In this document: positions 9,411 through 18,102 of the stretch, in pieces | Numbering within the stretch: position 1 is the first letter of the stretch | Layout of the letters: each line of letters begins with the position of its first letter | Assembly (NCBI GenBank): GCA_041946735.1 | Contig: JBHGAY010000008.1 | Location: 1 to 64,000 of the forward strand | Length of the DNA: 64,000 bases | Origin: Candidatus Eiseniibacteriota bacterium | GTDB taxonomy: Bacteria > Eisenbacteria > RBG-16-71-46 > CAIMUX01 > VGJL01 | Direction of reading: 5' to 3' | Notes under the pieces: model-generated | Databases searched by the model: none | What the model was told of the DNA's origin: nothing | Seen by the model: the letters and a program-made list of their open reading frames with translations, nothing else | Position numbers and translations under genes: made by a program

Positions 9411-10595
9411 TCAATACCGAAAGACGGCCGCCGCCTCCTGCGCCTCGGGAACCTCGTCCGACCGGACGGCATAGACCGCCCCTCCGGTTCGGAACGTCTG
9501 CTTCGCCACGTACTCGAGCAGGTCCTCCGCATCCCCTCCCGCGGTCACCGCTTGCGCGCCGGGGATGGGGCGCTCGACCATCCCGGTCGCGGGATCGAAG
9601 CGGCCGGGGACGCAACGGTCGGTCGCCACGAACAGCGCGTCGACGCGGCCCTGGAAGGCGCACAGGGCGATCGTCGCGAGATCGCGCGAGGCGAGAGCTT
9701 CGTCCCGCGCGAGCAGTCCGCGGAGGCGCGCCTCGGCGCGCTCCTGCCCCTTGCGGAAGTGCTGGTGGACGATCGACCAGGCCCGAGCTTGCAGCTCTTC
9801 TGCCTTCAGGCCGTCCGGATTGCCGAGGATCGCCTCGGGCAACACGTTCGCCACCCGGTTCGCCTCCCGGTAGATCGGGATCAGGTAATCGACTCCCGCG
9901 AGGACGACGGGCGTTGCGGAGTCACCCTTCAGCAGCTCCGCCATCCCTGCGTCGATCTGCTGGAAATAGCGCAGGATGTCGGTCTTCTGATCGTCACGCC
10001 CGACGCCGTGTCCGTGGTAGTACGCCTGATGGCCGCCTCCGCCGACGGTCGATCCGGTCGTCGCGTGCCACTGCGTCTGCTTTTCCTGCTGGTCGTACTT
10101 CAGGGCGTCGGAAAGGCTTTTCGGGATCGAATCGACCCGGATCTCTTCGACGCTGTGACGGGATCCGCGAAGCAGCCGCGCCCGTCCCTGGCTCAATGCG
10201 AGAATGTAGAACGGACCGTCGTTGACGAGCAGGGGAAGGAGCGGCCGCATCACGAACTCCTGTCCGATCGCAATCCGCTCCTCCAAAGGAATCGGCAGCC
10301 GCAAGACTCGCGAGAAACCCGGCGCGAGCAGCACCGCCAACCCTTCCTCGGGCTTCTGCCAGAACAGATCGTCGCCCAGCACGCGGCGCGCCGGCTCGAG
10401 GATCTCGGCGATCTGGTTGTCGCGATACCGCCGGCTTCGAAGCTTCTCCTCGGCCTGCTTGATGAGGTTGCCAAAACGGATCGGGTTCTGCTGCTGGTCG
10501 GTGCCAGCCCGCAGGGTCGGCATCGTGAACGTGAGGCAGGGCGTGGCGCGGAGATCGATCAGCTGCCTCGCTTCATCGCGGGAGAGAGTGTTCAT
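9411..10595 (-). CDS. Bacterial archaeo-eukaryotic release factor-like protein (baeRF3/6/7-type)
   Basis: QNPIRFGNL, FYILALSQGRARLL, HGHG loop, PVVLAGVDYL, C-terminal L7Ae-like GRVDALFV...GGAVY...AAVFRY. AAGGAGG RBS. Confidence 0.8.
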   Translation of the reverse strand: MNTLSRDEARQLIDLRATPCLTFTMPTLRAGTDQQQNPIRFGNLIKQAEEKLRSRRYRDNQIAEILEPARRVLGDDLFWQKPEEGLAVLLAPGFSRVLRLPIPLEERIAIGQEFVMRPLLPLLVNDGPFYILALSQGRARLLRGSRHSVEEIRVDSIPKSLSDALKYDQQEKQTQWHATTGSTVGGGGHQAYYHGHGVGRDDQKTDILRYFQQIDAGMAELLKGDSATPVVLAGVDYLIPIYREANRVANVLPEAILGNPDGLKAEELQARAWSIVHQHFRKGQERAEARLRGLLARDEALASRDLATIALCAFQGRVDALFVATDRCVPGRFDPATGMVERPIPGAQAVTAGGDAEDLLEYVAKQTFRTGGAVYAVRSDEVPEAQEAAAVFRY

Positions 10596-10730
10596 GAATC
10601 CCTCCTTGGGTGCTGCTTCCCCTCGAACCGCGCGAACCGTCTTCCGGTGTGAGGCGGTCCCTGTTCCCACAACCTAGCACTGCGGCGCTTCCATGGGCAG
10701 GGTGGGCCGGTGCGCGGCGGGAGGGACGAG

Positions 10731-10801
10731 CGGGGCCGGAGATCACGGGACCGGATTACCGGGGACCGGGGCCGGAGATCACGGGACCGGATTACCGGGA
10801 C
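10731..10801. repeat. 36-bp near-perfect tandem duplication
   Basis: cggggccggagatcacgggaccggattaccggggac followed by the same unit lacking one G. Confidence 0.9.
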
Positions 10802-10824
10802 CGACGGGCTGAGCCCGACGCCAA

Positions 10825-10854
10825 CGGCCCCGGAGGAGGTCTCCCCCGGGGCCG
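10825..10854 (-). terminator. GC-rich hairpin downstream of the M16 gene (putative terminator)
   Basis: cggccccgg ... ccggggccg inverted repeat 23 nt after the stop. Weak U-tract. Confidence 0.5.
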
Positions 10855-10876
10855 CAACCGCAACGAAAGCTTGCGA

Positions 10877-13735
10877 CTAGTTCTTCGGAACCGCTTCCGA
10901 CCGCTGGGGCGGCTGCTCCGCTTTGGTGAAGCTCCCGGCCCGGACGATCGAGATGCGGGCCGGATCGTAGTAGCGCTTCATCGCCGCATGGATCTCCTCC
11001 GGCGTCAGAGCGGCGACCTTCTTCTCGAGTTGCTCATCCCACGCGAGCGTGCGCCCCTCGTACTCCCGGTTTTGCAGAGTGCCGGCAAGCTCGCGGTCGT
11101 TCGACCGGGACACTTTGCGCTGCTGCAGCCAGCCGGATTTCGCCTCCTCAACCTCTTCCGGCGTGAAGCCTTTCGCGACGATCGACGTCATCTCCTCCTG
11201 GAACGCCTGCTGCAGCCGCTGATCGTTCTGCGGCGCGTAGATCGCGTAGGCGCCGAAGTTGGCGTACGGGTCGAAATGGTCCGCGAAGAACCAGGCGCCG
11301 ACTCCATACGAAAGGCCTTCCTTCTGGCGAATCCGTGTGGCGAGGCGCGAATGGAGGAAGCCGCCGCCCGTCATGTAATTGCCGAGCACGAGAGCCGGAT
11401 AGTCGGCGTCCTCGTCGCGCAACTCGAACGGCATGCTCGCGGAGAAGACCGCGCTCTCCTTGTCGGGGACTTCGATCGCCTGGTTGATCGGCTCGACGTC
11501 GAATACCTTCTGGGCGACCCGCGTGTACGGTTTCGGGCTCTTCCAGTCGCCGAACAGCTCGGTCACCAGCGCCGTCACTTCCTTCGGATCGAAGTCGCCG
11601 ACGACCGCGATCTCTCCGTTCGAGCTTCCGTAGTAGTCATCGTGGAACTTCGCGAGTTGTTCCGCGGTCACAGCCTGGGTCGAGGCGATCTCCTCGTCCG
11701 GGGTTGGCGTGTAGCGCACGTCGTCGGCCGGCCACTTCGAGAGATGACGCATCAGCGCGACCTGCGCGAGGCTGCGCGGATCGGTCTTCGACTCCTCGAG
11801 GTCGTGGATCCGCTCCTGCTTCATCTGATCGACCTCGGTCGCCGGGTAGGACGGCTCCCTCATGACCTCCGCCAGAAGGCGAAGCACTTCGGTCAGATTC
11901 TCGCGCGTCGTCTCGAATCCGCCCGAAACGCCCTGCGCGCCCCCGTAGACGAAGAGGCGGGTCTGCAGCTTGTCCGTCAAGTCGGAGATTTCCTGGCGCG
12001 TGTGCTTCTTCGTCCCTCGCATCAGCATGTCCGCGGCGAAGTCGCCCACGGTGCGTAGGCCCTTCACGCTCTGCTCGTCTCCGAAGTGGAACGAGATCGA
12101 GGCCTGCACCGTTTGCCCGCGCGTCTTCTTCGGCAGCAGGACGAGCTTCGCGCCCGAAGGCAGCGTCTGGCGGATCGTGCGCGACTCGATGTTGGCGACC
12201 GTCGCCTCGAACTCCTCGCCCTGGGCGAGCGCCTCGCCTCCCTTGTATCCGGCCACCATCTCCGCGATGTCGGGCGTTGCCGGGATCTCGACACGCTGCG
12301 GCTCCTTGGTGGGAAGAAAGACGCCCGAGGTCCGGTTGTTGCGGACGAGATAGGTCTTGGCCACCCGCGCGACGTCGGCGGCCGTCACCTGCTTGGTCCG
12401 ATCCCGGTGGAGGAACATCAATCGCCAATCGCCCATCGCGGCCCACTCGGACAGCCCGATCGCCGCCCACTGGGAGTTGCGCATCGCCATCTCCCAGCCG
12501 CGGATCATCTGCTCGCGCGCCCGCGCGACCTCTTCCTCGGAAGGCGCGACCGACCAGTTCTCCGCGACGTCGATGATCTCGTCCCGCACCTGCTCGGCCG
12601 ACTGACCGGCCGGAATCCGGGCGGTGATCGTCAGCAGGCACGGATCGCGGAACTGCTCCGCCCGCGCGGAGACGCTCGTGGCCTTCTTGGTCTCGACGAG
12701 CGCTTTGTAGAGCCGGCCCGAAGGGGTGTCGCCCAGGACGATCGCGAGCGCCTCGAGAGCGACGAAGTCCGGATGCGCGCCCGCGGGAATGTGATACGAC
12801 ACGCACGCCGCCTGCGTCTCGCCCACGCGGCGGAGCGTGACGGTCCGCTCGCCGTCCTGCGCAGGCTCGGTCGTGTAGGTGACCGGCAGCGTCCGGTCCG
12901 GCTTCGGAATCGCGCCGAACTTCTGCTGCACGAGTCCGAGCGTCTTCTCTTTGTCGAACTTGCCCGACACGACGAGGATCGCGTTGTCCGGCTGGTACCA
13001 GGTGCGGTAGAACGCCTGGAGCCGATCGATCGGGACGTTCTCGATGTCGGAGCGGGCGCCGATCGTCGACTTGCCGTAGTTGTGCCACAGGTAGGCGGTC
13101 GAGGTGACGCGCTCCTCGAGGATCGATTCCGGTTCGTTCTCGCCGACCTCGAACTCGTTGCGGACGACTGTCATCTCCGAATCGAGATCCTTCTTCGCGA
13201 TGAAGCTGTTCACCATGCGGTCGGCTTCCATGTCGAGCGCCCAGACGAGGTTCTCGTCACTGGCCGCGAACGTCTCGAAGTAGTTCGTGCGGTCGAGCCA
13301 GGTGGAGCCGTTGGGCCGGCAGCCGTGGGAGGTCAGTTCCGCGGCGATGTCGGTGTGCTTCGTCGAGCCCTTGAACATGAGGTGCTCGAGAAGATGGGCC
13401 ATTCCCGTCTCGCCGTAGTTCTCGTTCCTCGATCCGACGAGGTAGGTGACGTTGACCGTGATCGTCTCCTTCGTCGGGTCGGGAAAGAGCAGGACGCGAA
13501 GTCCGTTGCCGAGCTGGTACTCCTCGATCCCCTCGACCGAAGCCACCGGCTGCAAGGAGCCGCGGCCCCCTGCCGGCGCCGCTCCGGACGCGGGCGGGGG
13601 ATCGGCGGCTTCGACCGGAAGAACGGCCGCGAGGAAGGCGAGGCAGAGGCAGAGGGCGGGGATCACGACCGGCCAAGCGAGGGTCGCCGGCCGTTCGCCG
13701 GCTTCGCGCCGGACATGGTTACGCAGTGGGGACAT
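10877..13735 (-). CDS. M16 family zinc peptidase, single-chain (PqqL/pitrilysin-like), exported
   Basis: GMAHLLEHLMFKGS (HxxEH), NGST..DRTNYFE, C-terminal half with SRL...IRQKEGLSYG (R/Y pair), hydrophobic signal peptide ending VEA. Confidence 0.93.
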   Translation of the reverse strand: MSPLRNHVRREAGERPATLAWPVVIPALCLCLAFLAAVLPVEAADPPPASGAAPAGGRGSLQPVASVEGIEEYQLGNGLRVLLFPDPTKETITVNVTYLVGSRNENYGETGMAHLLEHLMFKGSTKHTDIAAELTSHGCRPNGSTWLDRTNYFETFAASDENLVWALDMEADRMVNSFIAKKDLDSEMTVVRNEFEVGENEPESILEERVTSTAYLWHNYGKSTIGARSDIENVPIDRLQAFYRTWYQPDNAILVVSGKFDKEKTLGLVQQKFGAIPKPDRTLPVTYTTEPAQDGERTVTLRRVGETQAACVSYHIPAGAHPDFVALEALAIVLGDTPSGRLYKALVETKKATSVSARAEQFRDPCLLTITARIPAGQSAEQVRDEIIDVAENWSVAPSEEEVARAREQMIRGWEMAMRNSQWAAIGLSEWAAMGDWRLMFLHRDRTKQVTAADVARVAKTYLVRNNRTSGVFLPTKEPQRVEIPATPDIAEMVAGYKGGEALAQGEEFEATVANIESRTIRQTLPSGAKLVLLPKKTRGQTVQASISFHFGDEQSVKGLRTVGDFAADMLMRGTKKHTRQEISDLTDKLQTRLFVYGGAQGVSGGFETTRENLTEVLRLLAEVMREPSYPATEVDQMKQERIHDLEESKTDPRSLAQVALMRHLSKWPADDVRYTPTPDEEIASTQAVTAEQLAKFHDDYYGSSNGEIAVVGDFDPKEVTALVTELFGDWKSPKPYTRVAQKVFDVEPINQAIEVPDKESAVFSASMPFELRDEDADYPALVLGNYMTGGGFLHSRLATRIRQKEGLSYGVGAWFFADHFDPYANFGAYAIYAPQNDQRLQQAFQEEMTSIVAKGFTPEEVEEAKSGWLQQRKVSRSNDRELAGTLQNREYEGRTLAWDEQLEKKVAALTPEEIHAAMKRYYDPARISIVRAGSFTKAEQPPQRSEAVPKN

Positions 13736-13811
13736 CGGACTTCTCCTCGGAGTTCTGAGGTTTCGCGACGCCCGGGACCCTGGTGGTCCCGGGCATCGCG
13801 GCGCGCCTTGG

Positions 13812-13920
13812 GACGAACGGAAATGGTACCGGAGACGAGCGGAAATGGTACCGGAGACGAACGGAAATGCCACGGAGAACGGGCGGCAATGCCACCGGAG
13901 ATGGCGGAAATGCCACCGGA
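13812..13920. repeat. 21-23-bp tandem repeat, 5 copies
   Basis: gacgaacggaaatggtaccgga / gacgagcggaaatggtaccgga / gacgaacggaaatgccacgga / gaacgggcggcaatgccaccgga / gatggcggaaatgccaccgga. Confidence 0.9.
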
Positions 13921-13959
13921 AGCGAGCGGCATCTCGAAAGCCCGGGCAAACGCCGCAAT

Positions 13960-15018
13960 TCAGCGTCCGGCCACCCGGGGGATCGAAAGACGGCGGCACA
14001 CCTCCCCGGCCTGCGGAAAGGCGGACTCGGGAATGCGCGCGAGAAGCGCCCGCCATCGGCCGTTTCGCCGGATCGCCTCCGCCGCGTCGCTTGCCGCCTC
14101 CTCGAGCCGTCCGGTCCCGGCGTACATCGAAGCCCGCCAGAAGAGGATCTCGTCATTGTCCGGCTGGAGGCGCAGCGCGCCGTCGTAGAGGCGGAAAGCG
14201 TCGGCGAACAGCTTCCGGGCGAAGGCCGCGTCGCCCTCATCCGCCAGGCGATAGGCCTCGTGAATCCGGTAGAGGCGCCGGATCTCGACGATCGGGTCCG
14301 GATGGTCCTCCACCCGGAGGTCGACGATCCGGTTCTTCCATGGCCGCTGGGGATCGACGGCGCGCTCGACGAGGAGGGCGGCCGATTGCATGCCGCGGGA
14401 GTCGCCGCCGGCAGCCTGCCCCGCCTCGAGCGCCGCGAGCAGCCGCTCGGCGAGCGGTCCGGTCGTCCGAGTGAACGCGGCGGACATCGAATCCCAGACC
14501 CCGGGCGCGGCGAGGAGATTCCCGGCGCAGGCGTGGTCCTTGCCGACGCGATGGCCGGCGTACGGGATACACTCCTCGCCCGTGTACGCGCCGGTGTTGC
14601 CGCGCATGTCGATCGCGAGCACCTGGCGGACGGAGCGAAGCGAGTCGGCGTCGGTCTCGGCGGCGAGCGCGCCGGTCGCGCGCTCCCCGTGCTCGATCCG
14701 ATCGAGGATCCGCGGGCCGTAGGCGGGCTCGACGAACGACTGCGTCGCCACCGCCCCGACTCCGGCGCGCGCCCAGGGAACCATCGAGCCGACGGAGAAC
14801 CAGTGCGACTGCACCGCCACGCCCGCCTCGCCGGTCGCGGTGTCGATCGCGACGATCGAGAATGTCGCGCAGAGGCGTGGGGGAGAGCCCGCAAGACGTG
14901 GGGTGCCGCTCGCCGGTTGCACGGAGTCGCCGGGGCATACCGCCCGCGCGGTCCACAGGGCAGTGACCGGTAGCAGGAGCGCCGCCATCGCGGCCGCCGC
15001 CGCTCCGCGCGCCGTCAT
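13960..15018 (-). CDS. DUF1028 (Ntn-hydrolase-like) protein with C-terminal TPR repeats, exported
   Basis: ATFSIVAID..GEAGVAVQSHWFSVG, GAVATQS, AGGDSRGMQSAAL, DLRVEDHPDP, followed by TPR-like helices. ATGA overlap with the upstream gene. Confidence 0.85.
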   Translation of the reverse strand: MTARGAAAAAMAALLLPVTALWTARAVCPGDSVQPASGTPRLAGSPPRLCATFSIVAIDTATGEAGVAVQSHWFSVGSMVPWARAGVGAVATQSFVEPAYGPRILDRIEHGERATGALAAETDADSLRSVRQVLAIDMRGNTGAYTGEECIPYAGHRVGKDHACAGNLLAAPGVWDSMSAAFTRTTGPLAERLLAALEAGQAAGGDSRGMQSAALLVERAVDPQRPWKNRIVDLRVEDHPDPIVEIRRLYRIHEAYRLADEGDAAFARKLFADAFRLYDGALRLQPDNDEILFWRASMYAGTGRLEEAASDAAEAIRRNGRWRALLARIPESAFPQAGEVCRRLSIPRVAGR

Positions 15019-15629
15019 CGCAAGAGCGAGATCAGGAAGTTGAGCCGCCCGATCAGGAGCGAGACGCGCCCCATGACCGTGTAGCCGAAGGCCGCGCCGA
15101 AGCCGAGCATCAGGAACCAGACCCCGAGGCGGCTCGCTCCTCCGACGACTCCCTTGTGCTCCACCGAGAAGAAGAAGTAGACGAGGACCGAGAGCACCCC
15201 GACCAGCAGGATCACATTGTTCAGCACGCCGAGCATTCCCGCCGAAGCGGCGAACGGCACGATGGTGCTCTGCATCTGCGGCAGCACCTCGCCGTGCAGC
15301 TTCTGCACCATATTGATCCCGACGTAGTAGCCGATGTAGATCGCGAGCGACGCGCGGGCCCACCACGCGATCTTCGGGATGTAGCGGGTGTAGAGGTTCA
15401 GCCCGATCAGGGCGGGGATCAGGAGGTCCGCGTTGCCGGCAAAGTCCTGCCGCAACGGATCGATCAGATTCGGCCGGATGGTCTGGCTCGCCTCGTTGCC
15501 GATGTAATAGCCGAGCGAGACGCCGGCGAAGAGCGACTCCGCGAAGCGGAAGAACGGGTTGTCCTTGTACAGGAAGCTGAAGATGCAGAGGGTCAGGAAC
15601 GCCGCGATCCAGAGTCCGAGAATCGTCAT
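15015..15629 (-). CDS. Uncharacterised multi-pass membrane protein (DUF6754-cluster component)
   Basis: WIAAFLTLCIFSFLYKDNPFFRFAE..., ~6 TM segments, FGAAFGYTVMGRVSLLIGRL. ATGA-coupled on both sides. Confidence 0.8.
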   Translation of the reverse strand: MTILGLWIAAFLTLCIFSFLYKDNPFFRFAESLFAGVSLGYYIGNEASQTIRPNLIDPLRQDFAGNADLLIPALIGLNLYTRYIPKIAWWARASLAIYIGYYVGINMVQKLHGEVLPQMQSTIVPFAASAGMLGVLNNVILLVGVLSVLVYFFFSVEHKGVVGGASRLGVWFLMLGFGAAFGYTVMGRVSLLIGRLNFLISLLR

Positions 15630-16513
15630 CGTCCCGTCCCCCCGAAGCGCGTGCGCCGGCGACCGAGCACGAACGCCAGGTTGCCGAGGATGATGAACAC
15701 CAGGATGACCGTGTGGTCGATCGTCTGGGCGTCCATCCCCTTGATCGCGGTGTAGAGACCGGCCCGGTCGTAGACGGTGTGGAAGTTCGGGTAACCGCCG
15801 AGCAGGAGCGCCTCGTACTCGGAGGCGCCCTTCAGCCCTCCGAGGAGGCCGACCATCTGCCCGGCCTGCAGGAACGCGTAATACTTCGGCGCGGAGACGG
15901 CCGTGCAGCCGACCGCCACCGGGATGTGGAACTGGGCGTTGATCAGGTTCGCCCACCACTCGCCGATGATGCCGGTGGCGAAGCTGACGACCAGACGCAT
16001 GTCGTCGTAGTTGTGCACCTCCGCCATGAGCGGCAGGGTTTCGAGCGGGGTGCCGTAGCGATCGGTCGGGAACACTCCTCGGATCTCCTCGCCGATCTGT
16101 TTCATCGACGCCTGTCCGCCGGACTTGTACCCGAGGTGCACGTAGTCCACGCCGTAGGTCAGGCCGGGGAAGTCGGGCGTCACGCGGGCGAGCGACTGAT
16201 CCGCCATCGCGAGGCCGCCGATCGGGTAGAGCGCGAGGATGACGACACGCAACTTTTTCGAGAAGGCGTGGCGCAGAACGGCGTCGGCCATCGGGTCGTT
16301 CTCCGGCGCGGTCGAGGGACCGTAGTCGAAGGAGACCAGGATCACCTGGCCCGCCTCCATCTTCTCGATCCGGTCGTAGAGCGCCGACACCGACGGGGTC
16401 ACGGAGACCCGGAATCCGATCGGGAAGAGGATCGGCAGTGCCGTGCCCACGCCGATCAGCAGGAAGATCCACCTGCGATCGATCGACATGATCCGGTTGA
16501 GCAGGGCGAGCAT
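15626..16513 (-). CDS. Uncharacterised membrane-anchored protein (N- and C-terminal TMs, soluble alpha/beta core; DUF6754-cluster component)
   Basis: DRRWIFLLI, SFDYGPSTAPENDPM, GQMVGLLGGLKGASEYE, GMDAQTIDH. AGGAGG RBS. Confidence 0.8.
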   Translation of the reverse strand: MLALLNRIMSIDRRWIFLLIGVGTALPILFPIGFRVSVTPSVSALYDRIEKMEAGQVILVSFDYGPSTAPENDPMADAVLRHAFSKKLRVVILALYPIGGLAMADQSLARVTPDFPGLTYGVDYVHLGYKSGGQASMKQIGEEIRGVFPTDRYGTPLETLPLMAEVHNYDDMRLVVSFATGIIGEWWANLINAQFHIPVAVGCTAVSAPKYYAFLQAGQMVGLLGGLKGASEYEALLLGGYPNFHTVYDRAGLYTAIKGMDAQTIDHTVILVFIILGNLAFVLGRRRTRFGGTGR

Positions 16514-16525
16514 TGCGGCCTCCTC

Positions 16526-17218
16526 CTAGTCCGTCTTCTCGAGACCGAGGTGGGAGCGCTCGATCCCGGTGATGACGCGAAGCGAGAGGCTGGCCGCTCC
16601 GAGCGCCGCGCCGATGATGATCCCTCGCTGGGCGGCGGCATTCGGCCAGTTGACGAGCCAGTCGGTGAACGCAGAGAGGTACGGTCGGCCGCCGAGGATC
16701 GATTCGCCGAGCGGGATCCGGCCGAGCATGACGACGCCGGCGGCGACCAAGAGGATCGTCGCCTCGAGATTGCGGGCGCGGAAGGCTCGGAAGGCGGCCG
16801 ATGCCATGAAGAAGGCGAGGAGGCTGAACATCGTCGCCTGGAGCGGCGTGAAGATGAAGTCCGTCCCCCACTGGAACGGCGTGCGCCCCCCGTCCGGCGT
16901 GTAGCCGATCCCCTGGAGGCCGAAGAGCTGGAAGGCGCCGGCGAGCCCTGCGATCGCCATGCCGAAGAGGCCCGCGAGCAGGAAGGCTCCATATGGCCAC
17001 CCGCTCTGGCGCCGCTCGATCTTGCGGATGTTCGACTGCACGACGTTGACGACGCCGAGCAGGATCGCGAACGAAGCGATGATCACCATGTAGCGCTCGA
17101 CCCGGTCCCGCCCGTTCGACACCCAACCCACGCTTGGGTCGATGAAGAAGGAGACGATCGGGACGAGGCCGGCGATCGCGGTCAAGAGCAGCGGGAACTG
17201 CAGCCGAAAGAACGCCAT
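16526..17218 (-). CDS. Uncharacterised multi-pass membrane protein (DUF6754-cluster component)
   Basis: ~6 TMs, PLQATMFSLLAFFMASAAFRAFRARN, AAQRGIIIGAALG...LRVITGIER. AGGAG RBS. Confidence 0.8.
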   Translation of the reverse strand: MAFFRLQFPLLLTAIAGLVPIVSFFIDPSVGWVSNGRDRVERYMVIIASFAILLGVVNVVQSNIRKIERRQSGWPYGAFLLAGLFGMAIAGLAGAFQLFGLQGIGYTPDGGRTPFQWGTDFIFTPLQATMFSLLAFFMASAAFRAFRARNLEATILLVAAGVVMLGRIPLGESILGGRPYLSAFTDWLVNWPNAAAQRGIIIGAALGAASLSLRVITGIERSHLGLEKTD

Positions 17219-17273
17219 TCCTCTCCTACCTCCGGTCTTTCCTTGCTTCTCGAGCCTCGAACTTCCACCCGCG

Positions 17274-18050
17274 CTACTGGATCGTCAGGATTTCGCGAAG
17301 CCGCGTCACCCCGAACGCGAGGAGCGCCGTGGCGATGACGATGTAGAGCCCGACGACCGCCTTCGTGATGTCCTGTCCTTTGATGCTTCCGAGCTGCGCG
17401 GGCTCTCGCGACAGGTACGCTCCCGCCGCGTACAGCTCCTCTCCGATCAACGTGTAGTCGCAGGCGCAGACGAAGAACGGCAGCTGCGCGATTTCCGCCG
17501 TCCCGGCGATCTGGATCGCTCCGGTCGACTGGCCCGTTTCGGCCAGGAGCAGGCTCTCCGCGTAGAAAGAGCCGATCAGGAAGTTCGCCGCCGGCTTCTC
17601 GCGGACCATCTGGCCCGAGACCGAGGCGGTGTAGGCGAATTGGTCATAGGTGACGTAGTGGACGAGGCTGTCGCGGAAGAGATCGGGCCGGCCTTCCTGC
17701 GTGTACGCCTCGCGGACCGTCTCCCGGGCGGCCGCGAATGTCAGCGGATCCTTGTTGGGGACATCGAGCTCGGTGTTGTAGCGAGCGGTCATTCGCGCCA
17801 CGTGGCCCAGCACGGCGAGACTCGCGATCGTCTGGTTCTCGTCCAGGCTCATGATCCCCGGGACGTAGAGCACCTTCTTGCCCAGTTCCGTCGCGCGCCC
17901 GACCGCCTCGTCGATCGCGTTCAGCCCGGCGATCTTGCGGATGAACAGCTTCCCGCCGCGCCGTGCGCGGGAGATGTAGGTGAGAACCAGGATGCAGAAG
18001 AGCAAGAAGAGGATAAGGGCGTTCAGGCGGTCGAAGTTCAAGAAATCCAT
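17274..18050 (-). CDS. DUF6754-like domain protein
   Basis: N-terminal TM, FIRKIAGLNAIDEAVGRATELGK, FYAESLLLAETG, QLPFFVCACDYTLIGEELYAAGAYLS. Confidence 0.75.
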   Translation of the reverse strand: MDFLNFDRLNALILFLLFCILVLTYISRARRGGKLFIRKIAGLNAIDEAVGRATELGKKVLYVPGIMSLDENQTIASLAVLGHVARMTARYNTELDVPNKDPLTFAAARETVREAYTQEGRPDLFRDSLVHYVTYDQFAYTASVSGQMVREKPAANFLIGSFYAESLLLAETGQSTGAIQIAGTAEIAQLPFFVCACDYTLIGEELYAAGAYLSREPAQLGSIKGQDITKAVVGLYIVIATALLAFGVTRLREILTIQ

Positions 18051-18102
18051 CGCGTCTCCTCTTCGGCTCCCTTCGAGGGCCAGGCAGGCGGTCGCCGTCG
18101 CC

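Noticed and set aside
13812..13920. CRISPR array (also considered for 19870-19998 and 20564-20657)
   Set aside because: Repeats are head-to-tail with no unique spacers, and no cas genes are present.
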